Part shown: positions 1 to 9,449 of the stretch, piece after piece
Numbering within the stretch: position 1 is the stretch's first letter
Layout of the letters: every line of letters begins with the position of its first letter
Source of the DNA: a virus
Length of the DNA: 32,906 nucleotides
IMG/VR virus record: IMGVR_UViG_3300013735_000005
Span: 1-32,906 of that record
Reading direction: 5' to 3' (one strand)
Notes under the pieces: model-generated
What the model saw: only the letters and a program-made list of their open reading frames with translations
Told to the model about the DNA's origin: nothing
Database searches by the model: none
Made by a program: the position numbers and the translations under genes

Positions 1-107
1 AAAATGGCAGTAGGGGAAGCTAAAAACTACTTTATGGGAGTTGGTTCAGCTCTTAAAATTGAACACTCTGACGAATATAGATTTTTAGAGGATCAAAGAG
101 TGTATAT
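1..107. repeat. Terminal duplicate of 32800..32906: circular closure or assembly overlap
   Basis: Exact 107-nt identity between window start and end, checked base by base. The capsid ORF spans the junction. Confidence 0.95.
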
Positions 108-240
108 TGCTAAACAATATGCTAATGGTCAACCTAGAAAAGATGAAGATTTTATAGTATTTGATATATCAAAAACTGAACTTAAAAAGGCTCCTAAAAC
201 TACTGGAAAACCTGCAGCATCTGAAGTACCTGGAGCTTAA
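1..240 (+). CDS. Major capsid protein, HK97 family (C-terminal portion). Same reading frame continues from 31885..32906 across the circular junction.
   Basis: Frame is continuous with the ORF opened at 31885, since 32803 corresponds to window base 4 and (32803-31885) is divisible by 3. Translation is MAVGEAKNYFMGVGSALKIEHSDEYRFLEDQRVYIAKQYANGQPRKDEDF, typical of the HK97 MCP C-terminal region. The gene follows the prohead protease. Confidence 0.8.
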   Translation, partial: KMAVGEAKNYFMGVGSALKIEHSDEYRFLEDQRVYIAKQYANGQPRKDEDFIVFDISKTELKKAPKTTGKPAASEVPGA

Positions 241-242
241 TT

Positions 243-410
243 ATGAAAGTTAGAGTAATAAAAGGCCCTTTTGATGACTACAAAAATGATAAGAGAAGAA
301 ATGTAGGAGATGAGTTTATTTGCTCTAAGGATAGATTTCAAGAAATAAATAAAGTATTGAAGTCTAAGACTAAGAAAGGGCCTTGGATAGAAGAAGTTAA
401 GGAGAAGTAG
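243..410 (+). CDS. Small hypothetical protein (55 aa) between capsid and connector
   Basis: ATG at 243 with a weak GGAG upstream. MKVRVIKGPFDDYKNDKRRNVGDEFICSKDRFQEINKVLKSKTKKGPWIEEVKEK. Not in the ORF track because it is under 60 aa. Fills the gap exactly up to the next gene. Confidence 0.35.
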   Translation: MKVRVIKGPFDDYKNDKRRNVGDEFICSKDRFQEINKVLKSKTKKGPWIEEVKEK

Positions 411-412
411 CT

Positions 413-718
413 ATGGATGATAAAGTTTTATTAGATGAACTAAAAACAAAGCTATTGATTACCTTCGAAGATGAAGAACTTGATAAAAAGATTGAAGATA
501 GTCTGAAAAGTGCTGAAGCACATATAGATGCACTAGTAGGTACTGATGTAGACTATATTGATGATAGATTTGCAAGGAGCTTGCTCCTAGACTGTGCAAG
601 GTACTACTACAACAATGTTTCTGAGTTTTTTGAAGATAATTTTCATAAAGAGATACTAAGACTAGAACTCTTACAAGCAAGTGGTGGATATAATGAGAAT
701 ACAAAAACATATCACTAG
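413..718 (+). CDS. Head-tail connector (gp6-like, Phage_connect_1-type)
   Basis: About 100 aa. N-terminal LDELKTKLLITFEDEE pattern and size typical of gp6-like connectors. Sits directly after the capsid. Confidence 0.6.
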   Translation: MDDKVLLDELKTKLLITFEDEELDKKIEDSLKSAEAHIDALVGTDVDYIDDRFARSLLLDCARYYYNNVSEFFEDNFHKEILRLELLQASGGYNENTKTYH

Positions 719-1094
719 TGAGCTTAAAAGAAACTTAGATCAAAACAATAGGGTGTATAGGCACCCTATTTTAATCGAAAAGAAGACTCATCCTATACAA
801 TTAGAAGATGGCACATGGAGAAATAACGGTTGGAGTGAATTTAAAAAGGTATTTGCCAATATAAGCAAATTTAATGCTGGAGAAAGTTTTGAAGCAGGGC
901 AAACATCTGCAGATGAAAGAATTAGATTTTTTATAAGGTATATGCCAGATATAAAAAACGAGCTAAGGGAAGACTTTAGAATCCGTTTTAGAGATAGACT
1001 CTACAACATCGAAAATGTTGATAATATCAATTTTAGAAACGAAGAGATGGAAATAACCTGTGTAGAAAGGAGCTTGACAGATGCGAGCAGTTGA
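681..1094 (+). CDS. Head closure / head-tail joining protein (SPP1 gp16-like)
   Basis: RIRFFIRYMPDIK...RIRFRDRLYNIENVDNINFRNEEMEITCVE resembles the Phage_H_T_join family. Alternative start at ATG 693. Confidence 0.6.
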   Translation: MVDIMRIQKHITSELKRNLDQNNRVYRHPILIEKKTHPIQLEDGTWRNNGWSEFKKVFANISKFNAGESFEAGQTSADERIRFFIRYMPDIKNELREDFRIRFRDRLYNIENVDNINFRNEEMEITCVERSLTDASS

Positions 1095-1392
1095 GCTTAT
1101 GGATATACTTAAAAAGTTAAATATTCCAGTAACAAATACGGAGTTTCCGTCTAACATGAAGGTAAAACCTCCTTTTGTTGTCTTTATGAGAAGCAATATT
1201 GATACTTTTGATGCTGATGATGTGGTCTATATGCACAATAAAGACTATTTCATAGAGCTATACACTTGCAATAAGAGTGAATATATGGAAGATAAGCTAA
1301 TTGATTTGTTAAATGAACATGAAATCAATTGGGACTATATATCTGATACACGTATAGAAGAGGGTCTTTATATGGTGGTGCTTAGTATATGA
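1081..1392 (+). CDS. Hypothetical neck / tail-completion protein
   Basis: 103-aa ORF between the head closure protein and the gp10-like protein. Assigned by synteny only. Confidence 0.4.
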   Translation: MRAVELMDILKKLNIPVTNTEFPSNMKVKPPFVVFMRSNIDTFDADDVVYMHNKDYFIELYTCNKSEYMEDKLIDLLNEHEINWDYISDTRIEEGLYMVVLSI

Positions 1393-1781
1393 GTGCAAGT
1401 ATAGATCTAGCAGAGGAACTAAAAAAGATACTGGATGAATATAAGCTAGAAGTAATTGATGATGTGGATAAGGCGGCTCTTGCTACTGCAAAGCTTGGCG
1501 TAAAAGAACTTAAAGAAAAGAGCCCAAAGTCCAATAGAGCTAAGGGTGGAGCATATGCTAAAAGCTGGGGTTATACAAGGCAAAGAATGCCATTTGGTTA
1601 TACCTCCTATGTAATAAGAAACAGGAAGCACTACCAACTCACACACTTACTAGAAAATGGACATTTGGTTAAAAATCAATATGGATCATATGGAAGGACT
1701 AAAGCTATACCACATATTAAACCAGTGGAGTTAATTGTACAAGAAAATTTTATAGAAGATTTAACAAAAAGATTAAATTAA
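1389..1781 (+). CDS. Tail component, HK97 gp10-like (tail terminator/completion)
   Basis: 130 aa. Position immediately upstream of the major tail protein. Family assignment by size and synteny, not verified. Confidence 0.45.
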   Translation: MSASIDLAEELKKILDEYKLEVIDDVDKAALATAKLGVKELKEKSPKSNRAKGGAYAKSWGYTRQRMPFGYTSYVIRNRKHYQLTHLLENGHLVKNQYGSYGRTKAIPHIKPVELIVQENFIEDLTKRLN

Positions 1782-1791
1782 GGAGAATTAA

Positions 1792-2370
1792 ATGAGTAAA
1801 AATAAGGTTAAATTTGGTTTATCCAATGTACACATTTTCCCAATTAATGACGAGGAAAACGGGAAACCTATTTATGGAGAAGCGATAGTATTTAAGGGTG
1901 CTGTTAACCTATCATTAGATGTTGAAGGGGATAATAATGACTTTTATGCTGATGATATCCCTTATTACAATGTATTTGCTAACAATGGTTATTCTGGCGA
2001 TCTAGAAATGGCTATTGTTACGGATGAATTTAGAACTAAGATATTAGGATTTGAAGAAGATGCTAATGGGGCTATCATTGAAAATATTGATGCTCAACCA
2101 AAGAATTTTGCTATGGCCTTTGAGTTTAAGGGCGATAAGAACAAGGTTAGAAGATTATACTACAATGTCTCTGCGTCAAGACCATCTGACAATCACGGAA
2201 CAGTAACTGAAACTGTAGAACCAGAAACTGAAACTATTAATATTAAAGCTATCCCAAGGACTGATACTGGAGATATCAATGCAAAACTAGAAGAGGGACA
2301 GACTGGCTATGATGCTTTTTATGAAAAACCATACGAAAAGAAAGAAAAAGTGGCTAGAGGGGATCAATAA
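1792..2370 (+). CDS. Major tail protein (phi13 / TP901-1-like family)
   Basis: N-terminus KFGLSNVHIFPINDE...YGEAIVFKGAVNLSLD...FYADD is characteristic of phi13-family major tail proteins. Good RBS GGAGAA upstream. Confidence 0.75.
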   Translation: MSKNKVKFGLSNVHIFPINDEENGKPIYGEAIVFKGAVNLSLDVEGDNNDFYADDIPYYNVFANNGYSGDLEMAIVTDEFRTKILGFEEDANGAIIENIDAQPKNFAMAFEFKGDKNKVRRLYYNVSASRPSDNHGTVTETVEPETETINIKAIPRTDTGDINAKLEEGQTGYDAFYEKPYEKKEKVARGDQ

Positions 2371-2813
2371 TGATAAAGACAATAAAAATTGATGGTAAGG
2401 ACGTTAAGTTTTCTTTTAGCTTAGCGTCTTTTTACATTTATAAAAATCAGTTTGGACAGGATGCTATGACGGTCATATTGCCACTTATATCTGATGTGGT
2501 AAATGCGGTTGATCCTAGTATTTTTGCCCAAGAGGGTGAAATAGGATCTGAGAAGTTAGTTAAGGCGACAAGTGACGTCTTAGACCAAGTGATAACAACA
2601 GAAATAACTGAAATTGCAGATATCATATGGGCATTTGCTAAGGCAGCGGATGACTCTATCCCAGAACCAGCTAAATGGTATAGAGAATTTGAAGAATTCC
2701 CACTATTTGATGTAGGTAAAGAACTACTTCCTTGTCTATACGACTCTTTGATATCAAAAAAAAAGATATTGAAAAATACCCAGATAACAACAACGGAGAA
2801 AAAGTCGGAATAG
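2370..2813 (+). CDS. Tail assembly chaperone (gpG-like)
   Basis: Gene immediately upstream of the tape measure protein. Contains slippery run A9 at 2756-2764. Confidence 0.65.
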   Translation: MIKTIKIDGKDVKFSFSLASFYIYKNQFGQDAMTVILPLISDVVNAVDPSIFAQEGEIGSEKLVKATSDVLDQVITTEITEIADIIWAFAKAADDSIPEPAKWYREFEEFPLFDVGKELLPCLYDSLISKKKILKNTQITTTEKKSE

Positions 2814-2989
2814 ATGAAATCTATGTGGCGGCTACTACTTGTGGTCTTGATTCTGACATGGTTAAAACCATGACTATAGGTAATTTGGTGGACTATGTTA
2901 CTACTTATAATAAGTTGCATGGACTTGATAAGGAAGAAAATAAAGAAGGAACAAGAATGGCCACACAAGAAGATTTTGACATGTTTTAG
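2370..2989 (+). CDS. Tail assembly chaperone G-T fusion, made by -1 programmed ribosomal frameshift at A_AAA_AAG (2759-2765)
   Basis: The 0-frame reads ...LISKKKILKN*. A -1 shift on the heptamer a aaa aag gives ...KKKDIEKYPDNNNGEK..., which joins the 2732..2989 ORF exactly. Conserved G/GT arrangement upstream of the TMP. Confidence 0.55.
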
Positions 2990-3005
2990 AGTAAGGAGGT
3001 GATTT

Positions 3006-6000
3006 ATGGCCTATGGAAATATAAAGGGAATCACAATTGAAATCAACGGAGACACCTCCAAGCTTACTACTGCTTTAAAGAATGTAGACAAGCAGGCTAG
3101 AGATACTACTAGGAACTTAAGAGATATAAAGGACGCCCTAAAGTATGACAAATCTAAAGGGCCAGAGCTTGCAGCTCAAAAACAAAGAGAGCTTGCAAAT
3201 GCTATAAAAAATACTAAAGAAAGGCTTGATATACTCAAAAAAGGTCAAGCTGAAATGTCTGACGAGTTTAAAAAAACTGCAGAAGGTAGTGCTGCCTATG
3301 ACAATCTAACTAGAGAAATATGGAAGACTGAAAGACAGCTGAAAAGCTTTGAAGCACAAAGTGATAGATCATATCAAAAGCTTACCAAGGTTAGAGATGA
3401 AGCTACAAAATTTGGTAAAGCTGCCCAAGATATGGGGAAGGGTATGACTAAGAAAGTAACTGCACCAATAGTTGGTGTTGCTACTGCTGCGGGCAAAGTG
3501 ACAATGGAGTTTGACTCTAGTATGTCTAAGGTACAAGCTATATCTGGAGCAACTGGTTCTGAATTTGATGCCTTGAGGGAAAAGGCAAGAGAAATGGGAG
3601 CAAAGACTCAGTTTTCTGCGTCAGAAGCTGCTGACGCCATGGGATATATGGCTATGGCTGGTTGGAAAAGCAAGGATATGATCAGCGGTATTGATGGAGT
3701 TATGAACCTTGCTGCAGCAAGTGGTGAGGACTTAGCAACTACATCCGATATTGTTACTGATGCTTTAACTGCCTTTGGTCTAGAAGCAAAAGATTCGTCT
3801 CACTTCGCAGATATACTTGCAACGGCTTCTGCTAATTCTAATACAAATGTATCCATGATGGGAGAAACCTTTAAGTATGTAGCACCTATAGCTGGAACTT
3901 TAGGTTACTCAGCAGAGGATACAGCGGTAGCTATTGGTTTGATGGCCAATAATGGAATTAAAGGGGCTAAAGCAGGTACTTCCTTAAGAATGGGGCTTTC
4001 AAGATTGACATCACCAACTAAGCAGGTAAATAAAGGCTTGGATATGTTGGGTTTGTCAATTGAAGATGTACAAGGTAAGTCGCTAGATGAAACATTAAGG
4101 ATATTTAGAGAGTCATTTAAAAAATTAGATAAAACCCAGCAAGCACAAGCGGCATCTATGATCTTTGGTAAGGATGCTATGTCGGGTATGCTGTCTATCA
4201 TAAATACAAGTGAAGATGACTACAATAGTTTAAGCGATGCTATCTATAACTCTGATGGAGCGGCTGAAAAAATGGCCGACACCATGACGGATAATCTAGG
4301 TGGTCAAATTAAAATATTAAAATCTGCCTTAGAAGACTTAGCTATTTCCTTTGGTGATTTACTGATGCCTAAAATCAGAGATACAGTAAGTAAAATCACT
4401 GATTTTATAAATAAGTTAAACGAATTACCTGATCCTGTAAAAGAGACAATATTAGACATAGGTGGTATTGTAGCCGCTTTGGGACCTATATTATTTTTAG
4501 TAGGTAAATTATCAGATGTAATAGGTACTGTTGCTGGAGCAATTGCTGTTACAAAAGGTTCTATGGATGGTGCAAGCTCTACTATGATTGGTCTTAGTAA
4601 GGTTATAGATTTAGTTAAGGGTGCGTTTTCTAATCTCGGAGGATTGTTACTTGCTCATCCGGTTGCTGCGGTAGTAATAGGAGCACTTGCGATAGCTATC
4701 CCTCTTATAATTAAAAATTGGGATGAAATTAAAGAGGTATTAACTAACGCTTGGGATTCTATCCATGAGACAGCAAGCAATGTTTGGAACTCTATTAAAG
4801 ATTTCTTTGTAAATATATGGGACGGAGTCAAGGAAGCTTGGTCTGAATTTTGGGATCCTATCGGAGAATGGCTTGGTGAAAAGATCCAAGCTATGGTTGA
4901 TGCTATACAACCTGTAGTTGATACATTCGTAAATGTATTTAAAGTGGCTTGGATGCTTATAGAAGAGATATTTACGACTACATGGGAAGTTATCAGTGGT
5001 TTTTTTAGAGAAAACTGGGAAGCCTTTGTAGAGATAGCAAGGATTATCTTTACTAAGCTTAAAGACTTTTTTGCTAGCATATGGAATAGTATTAAAGATA
5101 CGGTTATAAGTATATGGAATCCTATTAGGGACTTTTTAAAGATGATTTGGCAAAGCATTTATGATGCAGCTAAACCTATATTTGATGCTATAAGAAACTT
5201 TTTATCTAGTGTATGGAACTCTATAAAGACTACTGCTATTAATGTATGGAATAGTATTAAAGATGTACTATCACGTATATGGAATGCTATATATGATGTA
5301 GCAAGGCCAATATTTGATAAGATAAAGAATGTTATATCCAATGTTTGGAATGCTATAAGGGATATTAGTTCTAATATATGGAATGGTATAAAATCTACTC
5401 TTTCTAGTATATGGAATAGTATTAGCAATATTGCATATAAGGCATGGAATAATATTAAATCAGCTATTACAGGGCCTATGGATGCGGCTAAGAATGCGGT
5501 GTCAGCTAAGGCTGATGCTATTGGTAATAGAGTATCTAGTAGTTGGGATTCGGTAAAATCTGCTACTTATAATAAATGGAATGGTATTAAAAACGCTATA
5601 GTGGGTCCTATTGAGACAGCTAGAGATATAGTTAGAAATGCAATCGACAATATAATCAGTTACTTTGATGTTCATTTACAATTCCCACATATAAAACTCC
5701 CACACTTTGGTATGTATGGTGGTTTTTCACTCGATCCTCCAGATGTACCTCACTTTACTGTTGATTGGTATAAAAAAGGTGCTATATTTACTAAACCTAC
5801 AATGTTTAATACTCCTTTTGGAATGAAAGGTGTAGGTGAAGCTGGTGCTGAGGCAGTATTACCTATTGAAAAGCTTGATAATATAGTTGCTAGTGCAATT
5901 TTAAAAGCTGGAGGTAGTGATACTGGAGTGACTGTAACTGGAAATACCTTTAATGTAAGGGAGGAATCGGATATAGATAAGATAGCTAGAGAGCTATATA

Positions 6001-6041
6001 GGCTTATAGAGAACAAGAAAAGAGGTGTTGGTCTTGGATAA
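3006..6041 (+). CDS. Tail tape measure protein
   Basis: 1011 aa, strong RBS AAGGAGGTGA. Central block of 11-residue Trp-periodic repeats (IWNSIKD...) spanning about 4775-5615. Sits between the chaperone and Dit. Confidence 0.85.
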   Translation: MAYGNIKGITIEINGDTSKLTTALKNVDKQARDTTRNLRDIKDALKYDKSKGPELAAQKQRELANAIKNTKERLDILKKGQAEMSDEFKKTAEGSAAYDNLTREIWKTERQLKSFEAQSDRSYQKLTKVRDEATKFGKAAQDMGKGMTKKVTAPIVGVATAAGKVTMEFDSSMSKVQAISGATGSEFDALREKAREMGAKTQFSASEAADAMGYMAMAGWKSKDMISGIDGVMNLAAASGEDLATTSDIVTDALTAFGLEAKDSSHFADILATASANSNTNVSMMGETFKYVAPIAGTLGYSAEDTAVAIGLMANNGIKGAKAGTSLRMGLSRLTSPTKQVNKGLDMLGLSIEDVQGKSLDETLRIFRESFKKLDKTQQAQAASMIFGKDAMSGMLSIINTSEDDYNSLSDAIYNSDGAAEKMADTMTDNLGGQIKILKSALEDLAISFGDLLMPKIRDTVSKITDFINKLNELPDPVKETILDIGGIVAALGPILFLVGKLSDVIGTVAGAIAVTKGSMDGASSTMIGLSKVIDLVKGAFSNLGGLLLAHPVAAVVIGALAIAIPLIIKNWDEIKEVLTNAWDSIHETASNVWNSIKDFFVNIWDGVKEAWSEFWDPIGEWLGEKIQAMVDAIQPVVDTFVNVFKVAWMLIEEIFTTTWEVISGFFRENWEAFVEIARIIFTKLKDFFASIWNSIKDTVISIWNPIRDFLKMIWQSIYDAAKPIFDAIRNFLSSVWNSIKTTAINVWNSIKDVLSRIWNAIYDVARPIFDKIKNVISNVWNAIRDISSNIWNGIKSTLSSIWNSISNIAYKAWNNIKSAITGPMDAAKNAVSAKADAIGNRVSSSWDSVKSATYNKWNGIKNAIVGPIETARDIVRNAIDNIISYFDVHLQFPHIKLPHFGMYGGFSLDPPDVPHFTVDWYKKGAIFTKPTMFNTPFGMKGVGEAGAEAVLPIEKLDNIVASAILKAGGSDTGVTVTGNTFNVREESDIDKIARELYRLIENKKRGVGLG

Positions 6042-6756
6042 TTTATGGAATAACTCGCTTATCTTTGCTGGTAGAGAATTAGGCAAATTAGGAGTGATTG
6101 AATATGTAGATAGACCTGCACTACCTCCTATGAAGATAAGTCAGAAAGAGATATTAGGAAGAGATGGAGTTTTATATAAGACAAAGAACTTTGAGCCTTT
6201 GTATATAACTGTAAAGATTAGACAATTTAATAGAATTACCAATAATATTGATGATATTATCTTTGATCTTATGGAGCTAGTACATACAAAAACGCTAGCT
6301 CCTTTAAATTACAAAAACAAAAGGACTTGGTATGATGCAGTATTGGTAGATATACAGAACTTTGAGAAGTTTAGAAATCGTATGGCATATCTAGAACTGG
6401 TATTTATGGCTCCTGATCCTATTGCAAGAAGTAAGAATAGATATAGAACAAAAAGTTTTATGAGTAAGCAAATAGAAATGGCTACAAGCTTGGCAACTAG
6501 GGGTATTTTTACTTTTACGGGTATGTCCAACAAGATAACTAATACGAGAACTGGCGAATTTATAGAGATTCGTTCTGATGCTGCTAATAAATTCGTTGTG
6601 GATTGTGAAAAAGAAGTGGTTACTATTGGATCTAATAGAGCTATGGATAAACTGAGCCTTTATTCTGATTTCTTTGATATAAGAAGCGGAGATGTTATAA
6701 AGGCGGACAAATATGTAAGTTTAGAGTACTATGAGAGATATTTATATGACAGATAG
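6025..6756 (+). CDS. Distal tail protein (Dit)
   Basis: GTG start overlapping the TMP 3' end. N-terminus LDNLWNNSLIFAGRELG...ILGRDGVLY resembles siphovirus Dit proteins. Position after the TMP. Confidence 0.65.
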   Translation: MLVLDNLWNNSLIFAGRELGKLGVIEYVDRPALPPMKISQKEILGRDGVLYKTKNFEPLYITVKIRQFNRITNNIDDIIFDLMELVHTKTLAPLNYKNKRTWYDAVLVDIQNFEKFRNRMAYLELVFMAPDPIARSKNRYRTKSFMSKQIEMATSLATRGIFTFTGMSNKITNTRTGEFIEIRSDAANKFVVDCEKEVVTIGSNRAMDKLSLYSDFFDIRSGDVIKADKYVSLEYYERYLYDR

Positions 6757-6767
6757 GAGGATGGTAT

Positions 6768-9191
6768 ATGCTTATGCTTTTTGATAGGGATGAGAGTCTT
6801 ATATCATCCTTAAAATATAATAATATACAAAGAAAAAGAGAAATCAACGGTTCTAACACTTTGGAATTTGAAACTGATAAGGAAGTTGAGTTTGGTCAAC
6901 GTCTACTTTTTAAGGATAGGCAGGGGATTTGGTATGAATATATCATAATAGACTATTTTAAGACTCATGATGAAAATGGGCTAACCTATGAAGTATACTG
7001 CGAGGACTCTACAAGTGAGCTGTATGGCTTTTTTATAGAGGATATGAAGCCTAGAAATGAAACTGCTAGTAATATCTTAGGAAGAATATTAGAAGGTACA
7101 AGGTTTGAAGTAGGCTACGTAGATGACTTTGGCAAAGCTTCTTTTAATATTTATAGAACTAATTGTAAGGCTGCCCTATGGCAAATAATTGATAAATATC
7201 AAGCGGAAATCAAAGTAAGGCTGATAGTAGGCAAGCAAGGTATAGAGCATAGGTATATAGACCTAAGACAATCAATTGGTAGGGATGTTGGCAAGAGATT
7301 CACTTATAAAAAAGATATTGGATCTATTAAAAAGACTACATCTACCAAAGACCTTGTAACTGCCTTATATGGTTTTGGGAAAGGTGAAGAAGTTGTCGGA
7401 GAAGATGGACAGCCTTCAGGGGGCTATGGTCGTAAGATTGACTTTGCAGAGATAAACGGTGGAAAGAAGTATGTAACGGATGAAGAAGCTAGGAAGAAGT
7501 ATGGATTAGGTAAAGAGAGAGTACATATCTTTGGAAGTGTTGATTTTGACGATTGCGAGGATAAAGAAGAGCTTTTAGAACTTACTAAGACAAAGCTTAA
7601 AGAGTTATCTAAGCCTAAGATAACTTATGAACTGAATGTTGAAGATATATCTAGGTATGAGGGATATATAGGAGAAGGTGTAGACCTAGGAGATATAGTC
7701 TTAGTTAAGGATGAGTTATTAGATACTCTGGTGCAAACTAGGGTGATCGCTATTAATGATAATCCTTTAGAAGAGCTGAATGATAGTGAGATAGTACTTG
7801 GCAACTTTGTCAAAGACTTATCTGATAATATGGTAGCCTATGACAAACTCAAATCGGTTTTTGAAAATGATAGGAATAGGTTTAATAATGAACTAGAAAA
7901 GTTGGCAAAGGGTGTAAAGTCATCGTATATACAAGGAGTATTAGAGAGATTTAATAAGGAACTAAATGAAACTGGTGGTTGGGTCTATGCTGAGGAAGGA
8001 GAAGGGTTATTGATACTCAATGCTCCTCGTGAGGGCAATCCTACTCAAGCTATTAACCTTAAGGGTGGAATGATAGCTATAGCCAATCATAAAAATGCTG
8101 ATGGATCTTTTGCTTATGAAACATTTGGTGATGGAGATGGTTTTACTGCTAACTTAATAAGGGCTGGAGTCCTAAGAGGCGGAAAGGTATTTTTTAACCT
8201 GGAAGATGGCACTTTTCTTATAGGCGAGTCTAGAACAAACTACTCTATGTACTGGGATGGAACTACCCTCCATCTAAGAGATGTAGATATAGACTTATCT
8301 AATAACTATGACATACAAAATATTAACAATGAAATTGGCGATGTAGATAAAAAGATAGATGTAGTTAGTCAAGACTTTAAGCTAGGTCAAGGCAAGCTAG
8401 AGTCCACTATAGCTAGTCAGATAAAAACTGTAAATGACAGGATAGATAGTAAGGACTCATCTTTAAGGACATATGTAAGCAATAACTACTCTACAAAGAC
8501 TCAAACATCAAGCCTCATTGAAAGTAAGGTTTCGTCTATAAATAGCGATGTATCTGGGCTGAGATCTAGAATGTCTAGTGCTGAGAGTAGTATAAGACAA
8601 ACGTCTAGTGAGATATCTACTAAGGTAGATAAGGATGGAGTTATATCTTCTATAAATCAATCATCTGAGTCTATTAAGATAAATGCTAGCAAAGTAGACT
8701 TGCAAGGGGATGTTAACTTAACTGGAAGATTTAAAACCTATAATGGTACAAAAAGAGCTTTGGATATGAATGGATCTTCTATATCAATGTATGATCCTAA
8801 TAACCAAAATCAATTTATGGGACGAATTTCTGCATCAAGCACTCTAACAGTTGAGGATAATTTAGCTTATAATAGGCCGGTAGTAGAAATAGCTCATGAT
8901 GATTCTGGCTTAATTATAATAAACAAAGGTCAAAACCTTAATAGCGAACGAGAACATTATATAGTTTTAGACAAAAATGAACATATAGCTTCTCACGATA
9001 ATTATCCTATCGTAATGTATCAAAACACTATGGTAAGGGGAAGCTTAACGGTGGGAGATTCATATGATTCTAATAGACAAAATGCTATAGGACGAGGAAC
9101 GATAGAAATTGGTTCGTGGAAATTGAAAGCTTATTATAACAATATGACTTTATATTATAAAGACCAATTAGTACATGAATGGATCAGCTAG
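6768..9191 (+). CDS. Tail-associated protein Tal (prophage tail endopeptidase-type minor structural protein) with Ser-rich coiled C-terminal region
   Basis: 807 aa following Dit. RBS TAGGAGGA. C-terminal Ser/Thr-rich heptad-like region typical of tail tip/fibre proteins. Confidence 0.7.
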   Translation: MLMLFDRDESLISSLKYNNIQRKREINGSNTLEFETDKEVEFGQRLLFKDRQGIWYEYIIIDYFKTHDENGLTYEVYCEDSTSELYGFFIEDMKPRNETASNILGRILEGTRFEVGYVDDFGKASFNIYRTNCKAALWQIIDKYQAEIKVRLIVGKQGIEHRYIDLRQSIGRDVGKRFTYKKDIGSIKKTTSTKDLVTALYGFGKGEEVVGEDGQPSGGYGRKIDFAEINGGKKYVTDEEARKKYGLGKERVHIFGSVDFDDCEDKEELLELTKTKLKELSKPKITYELNVEDISRYEGYIGEGVDLGDIVLVKDELLDTLVQTRVIAINDNPLEELNDSEIVLGNFVKDLSDNMVAYDKLKSVFENDRNRFNNELEKLAKGVKSSYIQGVLERFNKELNETGGWVYAEEGEGLLILNAPREGNPTQAINLKGGMIAIANHKNADGSFAYETFGDGDGFTANLIRAGVLRGGKVFFNLEDGTFLIGESRTNYSMYWDGTTLHLRDVDIDLSNNYDIQNINNEIGDVDKKIDVVSQDFKLGQGKLESTIASQIKTVNDRIDSKDSSLRTYVSNNYSTKTQTSSLIESKVSSINSDVSGLRSRMSSAESSIRQTSSEISTKVDKDGVISSINQSSESIKINASKVDLQGDVNLTGRFKTYNGTKRALDMNGSSISMYDPNNQNQFMGRISASSTLTVEDNLAYNRPVVEIAHDDSGLIIINKGQNLNSEREHYIVLDKNEHIASHDNYPIVMYQNTMVRGSLTVGDSYDSNRQNAIGRGTIEIGSWKLKAYYNNMTLYYKDQLVHEWIS

Positions 9192-9207
9192 TAAGGAGAG
9201 GGATCTA

Positions 9208-9372
9208 ATGATAGACAATAGTGATATTATAGAAATTTATAGTAACTACTTAGCTCAAGCAAATTATGATAAAATTGTTTTGGAGTTACAACTTAGAGAG
9301 CTACAACTGGAAAATGAAAAATTAAAAAAAGAAAATGAACAAATAGATATTAAGAATGTAGAAGATGAATAA
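9208..9372 (+). CDS. Small coiled-coil hypothetical protein
   Basis: ATG 9208 preceded by AAGGAGAG. MIDNSDIIEIYSNYLAQANYDKIVLELQLRELQLENEKLKKENEQIDIKNVEDE. Confidence 0.35.
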   Translation: MIDNSDIIEIYSNYLAQANYDKIVLELQLRELQLENEKLKKENEQIDIKNVEDE

Positions 9373-9449
9373 TTGTATTGAGTAAGAAGGCAAAGATATG
9401 TACGAATCAAATAGGAAGTATATAAACAAAAATAAAGTGAGGTGATAAA

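Noticed and set aside
459-2968. Several short reverse ORFs (459-710, 963-1196, 1446-1646, 2447-2968)
   Set aside because: All are embedded antisense in the tightly packed + strand head/tail morphogenesis operon. They have atypical composition and no RBS.
3905-5428. Reverse-strand ORFs 3905-4201, 4655-5158 and 5159-5428 inside the tape measure gene
   Set aside because: They are low-complexity translations (Ser/Ile/Leu-rich) antisense to a well-supported long CDS. They are shadows of its repetitive codon structure.
4775-5615. Tandem 33-bp DNA periodicity that could be mistaken for a CRISPR array or satellite
   Set aside because: The repeats are in-frame coding repeats of the TMP (11-aa W-periodic). 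They have no unique spacers and no cas genes.
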